Source: Candidatus Methanomethylicia archaeon
GTDB lineage: Archaea; Thermoproteota; Methanomethylicia; Culexarchaeales; Culexarchaeaceae
DNA: 64,000 nt
Direction of reading: 5' to 3'
NCBI GenBank assembly: GCA_038727515.1
Contig: JAVYVS010000003.1
Span: forward strand, 96,001 to 160,000
Part shown: one piece after another, positions 10,476 to 20,419 of the stretch
Position numbering within the stretch: position 1 is the stretch's first letter
Layout: every line of letters starts with the position of its first letter
Notes under the pieces: model-generated
The model's input: the letters and a program-made list of their open reading frames with translations, nothing else
Told to the model about the DNA's origin: nothing
Databases searched by the model: none
Position numbers and translations under genes: made by a program

Positions 10476-11318
10476 TCACTTCGTAATATAGTTAAAAATG
10501 TTAGTTGTCAATAAATGTTTGTCCTTATACGTTGAAAATCTATTCATCAATATATTTATTGCACTCTTAGTCCATATGGTAAGTCTACCAGGAACTCCAC
10601 CAGGAGATAAATGCATTACACTTAGATTTGATGCTTTAACAACATCAACACCAGGGAAATTCCTAGCTGCTTCCATCAAAGGAGAGTCATCTGAAACTAC
10701 TATAAGGGGTCCTTTACCAATTTTATATCTTCTACCTCTCATTTTTCCTCTTCCAGCTCTAATTCTAATGTTTTCTTTAACCCTCTCAATATCAGCCCAA
10801 AAACCAAGTTTAATAGCAACTTCCTTGAAATCTCTACTTTTATTAATCTTTTCAAAATCATCGGAAACAATTAATGGTAATTGAGGGATTAAAGATGCTA
10901 TATGCCCTCTCTTATACACGAACTCTGCATTTGCAGTAGCAGAGATAGCTGATAAAATCGCATAAATACGTTCCTTCTTATTTATTCTTTCATGTATTAT
11001 CTTTTCAACTGTTGGTGCATGTGCACGTCTACCACCAACTGCCATAGTTACAAATGCAGCAGTCCCAGCTTCTGGATAACCAGAGCCCTTCACCCTTGGA
11101 ACACGGGCAACCCCATATCCAACACCCCAACTTTTAGCTGTTGTACGTTTACCAGCTAAGGGATCTCTACCCTGAGGTTGTATCCTCGCTGTTAATGATG
11201 ATAAATATGCCCTTTTTATTATGTCCTTTCTAATAGGTATGTTAAAAAGCCAAATATCACCTATTTCTTCTATAACTGAGCCACTTAAATCGTATACCTT
11301 AAACTTTCTTTCCTCCAT
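10476..11318 (-). CDS. rpl4: 50S ribosomal protein L4
   Basis: [25 protein letters not shown]. Confidence 0.97.
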   Translation of the reverse strand: MEERKFKVYDLSGSVIEEIGDIWLFNIPIRKDIIKRAYLSSLTARIQPQGRDPLAGKRTTAKSWGVGYGVARVPRVKGSGYPEAGTAAFVTMAVGGRRAHAPTVEKIIHERINKKERIYAILSAISATANAEFVYKRGHIASLIPQLPLIVSDDFEKINKSRDFKEVAIKLGFWADIERVKENIRIRAGRGKMRGRRYKIGKGPLIVVSDDSPLMEAARNFPGVDVVKASNLSVMHLSPGGVPGRLTIWTKSAINILMNRFSTYKDKHLLTTNIFNYITK

Positions 11319-11321
11319 AAT

Positions 11322-12329
11322 TTATTCACCTCTATATATGTAAATGACCTTTGGTTGAGTAATCATTTGAGTGCGAGGAGATCTAATTGCATACCTAATT
11401 TTAACTAAGCGTTTTGGTGGACCTGGTATTGAACCTTCAATTAATAAGCATGGTCCCTTTACTAAACCATAATGCTTAAATCCACCTTTCACATTCACTT
11501 CATTAGCACTGCAAATTTTTAGTATTCTCTTATTGAATTCAGTTCTACGATGAAAACCCATTTGCCCAGGACGAGGAACAGTCCACATAACTCCTGAGGG
11601 TGTACCGGGACCAATAGATCCAACTTTCCTAGACCCCTTCCTATGTTTATGCCATCTCCCTAAAACTTTAACACCAAATCTTTTAACAACACCTTGAAAT
11701 CCCTTACCCTTACTCACAGAAATAACATCAACATATTGTCCCTCTTTAAATACATCTTTTACATTTATTTCAGAACCTAAAAGTTTAGATGCAAATTCTA
11801 ATTGATCTTTTATTGTACCACCATCCACCTTTATTTCAAAGATTTCAGGCTTCTTCTTGTGAATACCAGCCTTTCTTGGTTGTGTACAAACAATCAATCG
11901 TACTTCACTTATCTCAGATATTCTTGAATATAATTCATTAATAGAAGATGTATCAAACTTTTCTGGTAACTTTAAAACACGTTCTAAATCTTTAGGTGGT
12001 TTTTCAACCCAAACTTCCTTTAAAGCACGTGAGGCCCCAAATTGTTTTGAATAAACTCTTACTCCAACAACTAGAAGTGGTGGTGTTTCCACAATAGTCA
12101 CAGCTTTTACAACTTCTCTACCAAACATGGGTGTACCAGCACGATCTTCAATTACAACAACATGAGTCATACCAACTTTATACCCAGAAAAACCAAGTAT
12201 TCTAATAGGACCTTCAATCTTAGGCCATGAACTTACCCGTGGAACTATACTCCTAGCTCTAACTCTAGGTGCAAATGCCAATGATCCTCTTCGCGGGGCA
12301 CTATACTTCCTACGACCCAATCTTCTCAC
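11322..12329 (-). CDS. rpl3: 50S ribosomal protein L3
   Basis: APRRGSL, GYKVGMTH, KGKGFQGVVKRFG, GQMGFHRRTE. Confidence 0.98.
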   Translation of the reverse strand: MRRLGRRKYSAPRRGSLAFAPRVRARSIVPRVSSWPKIEGPIRILGFSGYKVGMTHVVVIEDRAGTPMFGREVVKAVTIVETPPLLVVGVRVYSKQFGASRALKEVWVEKPPKDLERVLKLPEKFDTSSINELYSRISEISEVRLIVCTQPRKAGIHKKKPEIFEIKVDGGTIKDQLEFASKLLGSEINVKDVFKEGQYVDVISVSKGKGFQGVVKRFGVKVLGRWHKHRKGSRKVGSIGPGTPSGVMWTVPRPGQMGFHRRTEFNKRILKICSANEVNVKGGFKHYGLVKGPCLLIEGSIPGPPKRLVKIRYAIRSPRTQMITQPKVIYIYRGE

Positions 12330-12369
12330 CGAAAATCTTTAACTTGAAATGTAAATTGAAAGCCTATAT

Positions 12370-13254
12370 TTATCTTTTACGTGCCTGTAGGCAGAGTAAT
12401 AAATTAAAAATACTTAAAGTGGAAAATATTGATTCTTCAGTTCTAATAGTTTCACATCCTTGAGATGGTACTATATTAACTATAAAGTGAGAGATGCTGG
12501 ATAATTCTACCCTAAATCTTTTGCAAATTTCAAATAAGCCTTCTTGTGGAGCACCAAAGAGAATCAATATCTTTTTACTATTGGCTAGAGCGTTAATTAA
12601 GTCATTTAAAACACTATGAATTGGAACACCATATTTTGATGTAGCAATTACAAGATCAGCATTATATCTTCTAATACAATCAACTATATTTTCATAATTA
12701 TAATGGACGTTATAACCCCAATACATATCGACTTCATCTTTCGATGATAAGGATAGCTTTAAACTACCATCATCCTGTCTGATTAATTTCACAGTAATCC
12801 TTTCTCCCTTCTGCAGTCTTCTCGGTATAGGATATAGCTTCTCAAACCCGATATCTACTAAAGACTCTTTATCACCACTTTTTACAACTACACCCTCCCT
12901 AAATTCATAGTTTCTTATTTCGTTTACACTCGTTGAAACAGTATGTGATGGAATTTTTAATGGAGGTAGAAGCCCTGCATATCTTAGGAATGTGGATATT
13001 TTATATATTCGTTTCCGAAGGTATTGTGGTGTTTCACAATATCTCAATATTGTACTTAGCCATTCCCCTTCACCTTCAACACCATATCTATCAATGTATA
13101 TAATTATATCATCAACTCTGAATATTGCCGCAGCTCTAGCCACTAAACCAGCTTTTACAGTTTTCTCTCTAGGATGAAGATCAAGAATAAAACTAGCGGG
13201 TATAGCTATCCCCAAGGATTTCTCTCTCTTCTCTGGACGAAACATTATGATCAC
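12370..13254 (-). CDS. SPOUT RNA methyltransferase (MTH1/C9orf114 family)
   Basis: ETPQYLRK, AGLLPPL, QGCETIRTEE; conserved position upstream of rpl3. Confidence 0.9.
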   Translation of the reverse strand: MIIMFRPEKREKSLGIAIPASFILDLHPREKTVKAGLVARAAAIFRVDDIIIYIDRYGVEGEGEWLSTILRYCETPQYLRKRIYKISTFLRYAGLLPPLKIPSHTVSTSVNEIRNYEFREGVVVKSGDKESLVDIGFEKLYPIPRRLQKGERITVKLIRQDDGSLKLSLSSKDEVDMYWGYNVHYNYENIVDCIRRYNADLVIATSKYGVPIHSVLNDLINALANSKKILILFGAPQEGLFEICKRFRVELSSISHFIVNIVPSQGCETIRTEESIFSTLSIFNLLLCLQARKR

Positions 13255-13314
13255 ATATATTATAATAAGTAAAAATAAAAGATAACCCCATCATCAAAAG
13301 CATACGTAAGAAAT

Positions 13315-14772
13315 CTAACCTTTAGCAACTGCTATGGGAATAAATCTCGCCACTAATGTTGCTATTCCAACGTTATGAGATACTTGAGCAACCCTATCGA
13401 TATCCTTATAAGCTTCAGGAGCTTCTTCAATTATTCCATCTCTACTTGCCGCTTTAACTAAGATTCCTTTACTACCTAGTTCTCTGATAATTTCATCAGC
13501 TTTAAACTGTTTTAGAGCTTGCGCACGACTAAGCATCCTGCCAGCGCCATGTGCCGTTGATCCAAAACTTATATCCATTGCCTTTGGCTGACCTAGTAAT
13601 AGGTATGATGCAGTACCCATTGATCCTGGAATTATTACGGGTTGCCCGATATTTCTATATTCTTGTGGAAGTTCTACATGTCCCGCTGGAAAAGCTCTAG
13701 TAGCCCCTTTTCTATGTACATATACTTTACGGGTAACATTATCAATTTTATGTTCTTCAAGTTTAGCTATATTATGTGCTACATCATATACTAGGGTCAT
13801 GCCTAAGGACTCAGCAGATTGTTTAAAAACTTGTTCAAAGGATTCTCTAACCCAATGTAATATTAGCTGTCTATTAGCCCATGCATAATTTGACGCACAA
13901 GCCATAGCTGCAAAATAATCTTCAGCCTCCCTACTCTTTGCAGGAGCATAAACAAGCTCTCTATCAGGAAATCTAAGGTTATATTTCCTTGCAGCTCTCT
14001 CCATAATCATTAGGTAATCAGAGCATACTTGATGACCAAGTCCACGTGAACCCGTATGTATCATTACTGTAACTTGTCCCTCCTCCATTATGTTAAAAGC
14101 TTTAGCCACTTTAGCATCATATATTTTATCAACGATTTGGATTTCTAAAAAATGATTACCACTACCTAAAGTTCCTAACTGGGGGGCTCCTCTAGATTTG
14201 GCTTTACTTGAAACTTTACTTGGATCTGCATTTTCTAAACAACCATTAGCTTCACAACGTTCTATATCACTTTTCCAACCATAACCATTATTCACAGCCC
14301 ATCGAGCTCCTTCCATTAAAACTTCATCAAGCTGAGATTGGGAAAGACGAATTTTACCTTCAGAACCCACTCCAGAGGGCACCATCCTAAAAATAGTATC
14401 AAGTAATTGTTGAACTTTATTCTTGACATCATTGTAATTTAAATTTGTACTAATCAACCTTACACCACAATTGATATCATAACCAACTCCACCAGGACTT
14501 AAAACACCATCTTCAGCATCAAATGCAGCAACACCACCTATTGGAAAACCATAACCCTCATGACCATCTGGTAAAACTATCGAAAATTTATATATTCCAG
14601 GTAATTTTGCAACATTAATACATTGTTCAAGGGTTCTATCTTCCTTCATTTTTTGAAGTAAATAATTATCGGCATAAATGATTCCTGGAACACGCATATT
14701 TACATCAGAATCCTTTGGTATAATCCACGTGTAATCATTAACTCGCTCAATTTTAACCACGATCTCACCCAA
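13315..14772 (-). CDS. rtcB: tRNA-splicing ligase RtcB
   Basis: LPDGHEGYGFPIGG, GYDINCG, GSGNHF, HRKGAT, HGAGR. Confidence 0.98.
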   Translation of the reverse strand: MGEIVVKIERVNDYTWIIPKDSDVNMRVPGIIYADNYLLQKMKEDRTLEQCINVAKLPGIYKFSIVLPDGHEGYGFPIGGVAAFDAEDGVLSPGGVGYDINCGVRLISTNLNYNDVKNKVQQLLDTIFRMVPSGVGSEGKIRLSQSQLDEVLMEGARWAVNNGYGWKSDIERCEANGCLENADPSKVSSKAKSRGAPQLGTLGSGNHFLEIQIVDKIYDAKVAKAFNIMEEGQVTVMIHTGSRGLGHQVCSDYLMIMERAARKYNLRFPDRELVYAPAKSREAEDYFAAMACASNYAWANRQLILHWVRESFEQVFKQSAESLGMTLVYDVAHNIAKLEEHKIDNVTRKVYVHRKGATRAFPAGHVELPQEYRNIGQPVIIPGSMGTASYLLLGQPKAMDISFGSTAHGAGRMLSRAQALKQFKADEIIRELGSKGILVKAASRDGIIEEAPEAYKDIDRVAQVSHNVGIATLVARFIPIAVAKG

Positions 14773-14820
14773 ACTTTATAATGCACTAATTAAGAAAAAC
14801 TTTTTGTATGAAAAACAGGG

Positions 14821-15261
14821 TTAAATATCTAAAATGAATTTTACAATAAAATTATTATCTTCATGTTTTATTTCCATCTGAGAGTATGTTACAGCCTTAA
14901 CTATTGTTCTGCGAACATGCTTAAATGGATTAAATTTCTCCCCAAGTGCAAAAGCTTCTAAGACATAATTCTCCTCATCAGTTTTACTAATATTATATAC
15001 ATGGAATTGTGAAAAAACGATATTTTCAACATCAAAAATATATAAGAGTTCTTCAAGCCAAGAATATAATAGGGAGTATAAGTCAAAACCATGAACAGAT
15101 ATATTCCTCTTAATATTAGGCTCAACTTTTGAAGTATCTGTAATAACTTCAAACATAGCTTTTGCTGCATATTCAAAACTCTCATTTAAACTTTTACCAA
15201 ATGCCATTATATATACGTCAGCTTTATGATCAAGAAAAGAAAACCCACCGGTTCCACACAT
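14821..15261 (-). CDS. archease
   Basis: DHKADV, VKAVTYS, C-terminal LDI; adjacent to rtcB. Confidence 0.95.
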   Translation of the reverse strand: MCGTGGFSFLDHKADVYIMAFGKSLNESFEYAAKAMFEVITDTSKVEPNIKRNISVHGFDLYSLLYSWLEELLYIFDVENIVFSQFHVYNISKTDEENYVLEAFALGEKFNPFKHVRRTIVKAVTYSQMEIKHEDNNFIVKFILDI

Positions 15262-15335
15262 AATTTAACCGATATTTATTGAATAAAATACAACAATTTT
15301 TATTTTACTTAACACCATAAACTATAATGTAAGTT

Positions 15336-15442
15336 GCCGGGGTGGCTGAGCGGACCAAATAGTTTATGACTAGGTTAAAGCGCAGGCCTTGAGAGCCTGT
15401 GTCCCCTTAGGGGACTCGCGGGTTCAAATCCCGCCCCCGGCG
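15336..15442 (+). tRNA. tRNA-Ser(TGA) with ~20-nt non-canonical D-loop intron (15359-15378)
   Basis: GCCGGGG TG GCTGAGCGGACCAA[ATAGTTTATGACTAGGTTAA]AGC G CAGGC CT TGA GA GCCTG; long variable arm; T-loop GTTCAAATC. Confidence 0.92.
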
Positions 15443-15505
15443 TCATAATACTTATTGTGTTAAAAATGAAAAAACTTAATAAACTTTATAAGTGTATTAT
15501 GAGAT

Positions 15506-15840
15506 GGGGGTGGCGGCTAGGCGGGGTGCTCGGCCTACCCTTGCAGAGTTAAAAACTCTGCACCGCAAATGGTCGATATGGCGGGCCGAAGCCGATGTGA
15601 GGTGCCTCAATAAATGTTGGTGTTACACAGCCCAGCAATGAAGCCTTGTCCCGTGGGGTGCATGGAGGCAATAGACTCCTCGGAGGAGGAGTCGAATTGC
15701 CCTTACCAAGCGAACCGGGTTAGGCCAGGAATGGAGCAGCCCTAAGCTTGGACATGCACGTTCACGGGGTTACAGGGCTAAGTATGGTGTGTAAACACCG
15801 CATTTAGAGGGGCATCCAGCATCGGCGTGCCGCCACCCCT
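15506..15840 (+). ncRNA. ffs: archaeal SRP (7S) RNA
   Basis: GC-rich island; ends pair (GGGGTGGCGGC/GCCGCCACCCC); helix 6 GACTCCTC-GGAG-GAGGAGTC; helix 8 AGGCCA-GGAA-TGGAGCAG. Confidence 0.93.
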
Positions 15841-15844
15841 CTGA

Positions 15845-16768
15845 TTATATCATATTTAAATGTTCTAGTAATTCACAAGCTCTGCATATATCTCTAGTTG
15901 TAGGTTCACCACAATGTTTACACCTATTAAGTTGAACATCTTCTATTGTAATTTTATCCACTAATTTTTCAAAGAATGAAACTATTGATGATTTTACATC
16001 ACCATGTTTTAATTCATAATCGTTTAAAAAAGATCTAAATTCACTTCTTAGTGAAAACTTTGAAAAGGGACATTCACTGGAATAAAGGTTGATTCCAGAA
16101 TAATATGCATATAGTGCAATCTCCCTTTCGGATACATATCTTAATGGTTTAACTCGTGGTATAAATCCTTCCTGTCTATATGATTCCATTTTAAAAGATC
16201 TTATTAACTTATCTAAATCTCCACGTAGAATATTCATTAATATTGTTTGCGCTTCATCATCAAGATTATGAGCAGTAGCAATTTTTGTTCCACCAATCTC
16301 TTTACTCTTTACATTTAGAATTTTCCTTCTTAAAACACCACAAAAAGTACAAGGATTATGCGGAGAACCATACCTTTTTGCTTTTTCAACTATTTCCATC
16401 AATGTATAACCATAAAAATCTTTGAAGGAAAACGTTAAATGTTCAATTCCATATTCATTTGAAAAGTTCTTTGAAATCTCTATACCCTCCTTACGATAAT
16501 CACATATACCTTCATCAATTGTTATTGCAGTTAATTTTACATTTGGAAAATTCTTTTCAATTTTTGAAACTATCTTCATCATAACAATACTATCTTTACC
16601 ACCAGAAACAGCCAAAACTATGTGATCATTCCAATCAAAGAGCTTCCTCTTATTTATAGTCCAACGAACTAAACCTTCCACATATTCTATAAAACAACTT
16701 TTACAATATGCAACCCCAGAGCTCCTCTTAAAATAAACAGCATTTCTACCACATTTTGAGCATTTCAT
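15845..16768 (-). CDS. tRNA 2-thiolation protein, TtuA/Ncs6 (TIGR00269-like) family
   Basis: N- and C-terminal Zn fingers, PP-loop SGGKDS, CTFCGVLRR, HNLDD. Confidence 0.92.
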   Translation of the reverse strand: MKCSKCGRNAVYFKRSSGVAYCKSCFIEYVEGLVRWTINKRKLFDWNDHIVLAVSGGKDSIVMMKIVSKIEKNFPNVKLTAITIDEGICDYRKEGIEISKNFSNEYGIEHLTFSFKDFYGYTLMEIVEKAKRYGSPHNPCTFCGVLRRKILNVKSKEIGGTKIATAHNLDDEAQTILMNILRGDLDKLIRSFKMESYRQEGFIPRVKPLRYVSEREIALYAYYSGINLYSSECPFSKFSLRSEFRSFLNDYELKHGDVKSSIVSFFEKLVDKITIEDVQLNRCKHCGEPTTRDICRACELLEHLNMI

Positions 16769-16772
16769 ACGA

Positions 16773-17990
16773 TCACCTCAAAAATATTGAACCCATAAAT
16801 AGTGATTGAGAAATATTTAGAAGTAAGAAGGTTAAGGAAGTGAACTTCAAAATCTCAAGAATTAATTCACCAACACCAATTTCTCTCCCCTTAAAAAGAG
16901 CCTTTTTAGAATTAATTATTCTATTACGAAGAAGAACCTCAAAAAATCTACCACCATCAAAAAATGGTATTGGAAGCATATTTATAAATGCAGCACTCAA
17001 AGATATTACTTCAAACCAATTTAGAAAATTGTAATAATGATATGGAAATTCTGGAGTAAATATAAAAGGCATAATTTTAGGTGGATAATAATTAAAAACT
17101 CTAATGCCTAAAAAGACCTTTGATGGATTAATTGGATGAGCTCCTCCAACTATAATTAAATCACCACGAGCTGTATTCAATACAACAGTTGAATTTGCAG
17201 GAATATTACTAAGAACATTGGAAAAACTTAATGAATCATAAATTCTGACACCATTAATATAAAAGAGGATGTCACCATTTTTTACACCATATAAACTTGC
17301 AGGTGAACCATTAATAACTTCAACAACTATAACACCAGAAGATGAACCATAAAATGGAGATATTACAAAGGAAAAATTTGCAATCATAAAAAGAGATAAG
17401 ATTCCAGTTACAAGGTTTGCAGTAGATCCAGAGGATAAAATTCTTAGTTTAGAGATAAAACTAGCTGAATTCATATCATTTTCATCTAATTCAACAAATC
17501 CCCCACCAACAAAAACTGCCAAAAGGAGACCAACATTTTTAACTGTTAAATTTTCCGCAAAAGCTGCAATACCATGGGCAAACTCATGAAAAATAAATAC
17601 AAGTACTATGGAAATTATGAAATATGGCAGTGAATTCAAAGAAAATGTAATTCCAGGAATTAATGGAATAACAGGTTGAACCTCGCCAACCCTATAATAG
17701 TAGGAAATCAAATTTCCTAAGAGAAAGTTTAATGTAAAGAGAGTTTCACCAATAGCTAAAAAAATCCCTACAGTAAATACTATCTTCCAAAACCCTCTAA
17801 AACCCATTGCAATTTTAAAGAGTATGCTGTTAAGTCTTCTTGTTCTCCATAAAATGACTAAATAAGGTTTAAATTCTAATTGATAACGCTCCAACTTAAA
17901 TAGTTTATGTAAAATAAATAAGACAACCCAAAAGATGAATAAGTATATAAAGAAGGTTACCGCATCAGTATTCATATCATCCCCAACCAA
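16773..17990 (-). CDS. site-2 (M50) intramembrane protease with PDZ domain
   Basis: HEFAH, NMLPIPFFDGG, PDZ-like GSPA..GVKNGDIL. Confidence 0.92.
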   Translation of the reverse strand: MVGDDMNTDAVTFFIYLFIFWVVLFILHKLFKLERYQLEFKPYLVILWRTRRLNSILFKIAMGFRGFWKIVFTVGIFLAIGETLFTLNFLLGNLISYYYRVGEVQPVIPLIPGITFSLNSLPYFIISIVLVFIFHEFAHGIAAFAENLTVKNVGLLLAVFVGGGFVELDENDMNSASFISKLRILSSGSTANLVTGILSLFMIANFSFVISPFYGSSSGVIVVEVINGSPASLYGVKNGDILFYINGVRIYDSLSFSNVLSNIPANSTVVLNTARGDLIIVGGAHPINPSKVFLGIRVFNYYPPKIMPFIFTPEFPYHYYNFLNWFEVISLSAAFINMLPIPFFDGGRFFEVLLRNRIINSKKALFKGREIGVGELILEILKFTSLTFLLLNISQSLFMGSIFLR

Positions 17991-18033
17991 CTAAAAACTT
18001 AACAGTAACTATAAAATAAATATTCTTAGAGAA

Positions 18034-18741
18034 ATGAGGGAGAAAGTGATTATAAAAGGAGATATAAGAAAGGTTGTATATAATCAGGAGCAATGGATTC
18101 TTTTTTCTAACTTAAGAAGTAGAGCAATTAAGATTATGGAAACATTGGAAAATAACGGTTTAAAGTGTGTAGTGCATGGAAGCATAGCAAGAGGTGATGT
18201 ACATAAGAAAAGCGATATAGACATATTAATTCCATATCCAATACCATCATATAAATTAGAAATCATAATTGAAGAAAACAATCTAACAGTTTTAAATAGA
18301 AAACTCGTACAAGCAACACCATCACATGTAATGAAAGCCCATATTGAATTACAAGACAATATAGTGCTAACATTTCCAATGATGGAAATGAGAAGGTTAG
18401 AAAGAGAATTTTATAAATTTGGAGGAGAAGCAGATCTAGAAGATTTAATCAATAACATAAGGAAACCAGGGGTCTCGAAAAAACTTTTATTGATAGAACC
18501 AATAGAAGAAGGACATATAGAATCCCCAGTGATTGGAAGAGAAGAATATGTTGCAGAAAAGGTTGGAGTATCAATAGACATCGTTAAAGAAAGAGAACGT
18601 GTACTATTAAGACGAGATAAAATTGGTAGAACAGGGGTATATTTTAAATATGCACTTAAACCAGATGAAACTTTTGAAGATATCTTCAAGAAAATATTGG
18701 ATAGAAATCCAGCAATAAGGAGAAGATCATTCAGGATTTAA
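18034..18741 (+). CDS. Pol-beta superfamily nucleotidyltransferase domain protein
   Basis: HGSIARGDVHKKSDIDI, VQATP, RRDKIGRTGV. Confidence 0.85.
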   Translation: MREKVIIKGDIRKVVYNQEQWILFSNLRSRAIKIMETLENNGLKCVVHGSIARGDVHKKSDIDILIPYPIPSYKLEIIIEENNLTVLNRKLVQATPSHVMKAHIELQDNIVLTFPMMEMRRLEREFYKFGGEADLEDLINNIRKPGVSKKLLLIEPIEEGHIESPVIGREEYVAEKVGVSIDIVKERERVLLRRDKIGRTGVYFKYALKPDETFEDIFKKILDRNPAIRRRSFRI

Positions 18742-18775
18742 ATATTTAACGCTAACGATAAAATAAAGGAGTGAG

Positions 18776-19042
18776 ATGAGTGCATTTTTCGTAATTATGA
18801 AACAGACTCTCGAAGACCGATTTAAAGACATAATATATAATTGGATCAAAAAAATTGAAGAAAATATAATATGGATTGTTTCAACAATAAAAGATGCTGC
18901 ATTAACTATAGGTAGAGCATCTTATTCCTCAATGATAATAATTGGAATAATACTTTGGTGTATGAACATACAGAAGTATTATGCAAAAAGATTAATTTAT
19001 GGTGGGGTTGCATTAGCCTTGATAATTGAAGTACTATCATAA
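18776..19042 (+). CDS. small two-TM membrane protein
   Basis: Two hydrophobic segments separated by basic KYYAKR; GGAGTGA RBS. Confidence 0.65.
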   Translation: MSAFFVIMKQTLEDRFKDIIYNWIKKIEENIIWIVSTIKDAALTIGRASYSSMIIIGIILWCMNIQKYYAKRLIYGGVALALIIEVLS

Positions 19043-19049
19043 AAATAAT

Positions 19050-19778
19050 TTAATTATCACTTTTATTGCATAATTTATTTAATTCAAGTAATATATGTCT
19101 AAAAACTCCCATTAAAGTGTAAGCTTCTCTACCTGAAATAAACGCTCTACCAATAACATGCTTAAAAATTATAAAGGCTCTTTCTTTACGATGAGAAGGT
19201 ATATTTAGAGTTTCTAAGATTTTACTGAAATATTCCAAAAGTTTTTCTTTTTCTATTCTAGAAGCTTCTCGAAAACCTTCTTGTCTTGAAGAAAGTTGTG
19301 ATGATGAAAGCTCATAAAGTATTATTGCAACTGCATGACTAAGATTTAATGATGGATACATCTTACTAGTAGGTATAGTCACTATTATATCACATAGTTT
19401 TAATTCTTCATTTTTAAGACCAATACTTTCTCTACCAAAAATTAGCCCTATATTACCCTTAACATCCTTCATCGATTCAACAAGCATTTTAGGGGTTATT
19501 GACATTCTTGCAACATTATAATCATGACCACTTTTACTTGTAGTGCCCACCATAAAATCTACGAAATCCTTAACTTCATATAAACTATTAAGAATCATTG
19601 CATTCTCAAGTACACTTTTTGCATGAACAGCATAAACATATGCTTCATTTAAATTACACTTAGGATTAACCAAAATAATATGTTTAAAATTGAAATTCAT
19701 TAAACTTCTTGCAATAAAACCAACATTAGCTGAATTTTCAGGTTCAACGAGTACAACATATATGTTTTCGTTAATCAT
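19050..19778 (-). CDS. trmJ: tRNA (C32/U32) 2'-O-methyltransferase, TrmJ family
   Basis: NVGFIARSLMNF, FGRESIGL, YPSLNLSHAV. Confidence 0.92.
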   Translation of the reverse strand: MINENIYVVLVEPENSANVGFIARSLMNFNFKHIILVNPKCNLNEAYVYAVHAKSVLENAMILNSLYEVKDFVDFMVGTTSKSGHDYNVARMSITPKMLVESMKDVKGNIGLIFGRESIGLKNEELKLCDIIVTIPTSKMYPSLNLSHAVAIILYELSSSQLSSRQEGFREASRIEKEKLLEYFSKILETLNIPSHRKERAFIIFKHVIGRAFISGREAYTLMGVFRHILLELNKLCNKSDN

Positions 19779-20416
19779 GCTAGAGTCACCTTAAAGAGAT
19801 ACAGCTTTTCATAAAAGAAACTTTTCTCAGAAATAATTGAAATTTTAAACCCCATATTGGTGAGTTTATCAATAGTTTTTTTGTGATCAGAAAGAGAAGA
19901 TTGTAAAAGAAGTACTTCGCCAGATGGTTTAAGTATATTTTTAAAGGTATCTAAAAATCTATCCAATAACAACCTACCATTAAATCCACCACACCACATC
20001 CTTAATTCTTCCTCATATACGTATTTATCAAAGTCATTCATAGGTAAGTATGGTGGATTAAAAGTTATTATATCAAATATTGGTTTAAATTTTATTGAAG
20101 TTATCAAATCTCCTCTAATTACAGAAACTTTTTGTTGAAGACCATTTAACTTTACATTATAAAAAGTATTTTTAGTAGCTAAACTACTTACATCAATAGC
20201 AATAACATGTTTACAAATCCTTGTTAACATCAAGGTTAATATACCACACCCACACCCGATATCAAGACCATATTCATATTCATTGTTAAGCGAATATAAA
20301 AAGTCAGCAATCATATAGCTATCATCAGATGGATAATAAACTCTTGGGAAGACTACTATTTTAAAACCGTAAAATACTATTGACTGGCTATTTTCAATAG
20401 TTTTTATACTATCAAT
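19775..20416 (-). CDS. HemK2/Mtq2-like N5-glutamine methyltransferase (probable ATT start)
   Basis: DIGCGCG, FNPPY; the conserved VYYPSDDS motif lies upstream of the track ATG (20314) in the same open frame. Confidence 0.85.
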   Translation of the reverse strand: MDSIKTIENSQSIVFYGFKIVVFPRVYYPSDDSYMIADFLYSLNNEYEYGLDIGCGCGILTLMLTRICKHVIAIDVSSLATKNTFYNVKLNGLQQKVSVIRGDLITSIKFKPIFDIITFNPPYLPMNDFDKYVYEEELRMWCGGFNGRLLLDRFLDTFKNILKPSGEVLLLQSSLSDHKKTIDKLTNMGFKISIISEKSFFYEKLYLFKVTLA

Positions 20417-20419
20417 AAT

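Noticed and set aside
15610-15800. Apparent extra hairpins in the SRP RNA
   Set aside because: GGTGTTACAC pairs with GTGTAAACACC as part of the normal long helix 5.
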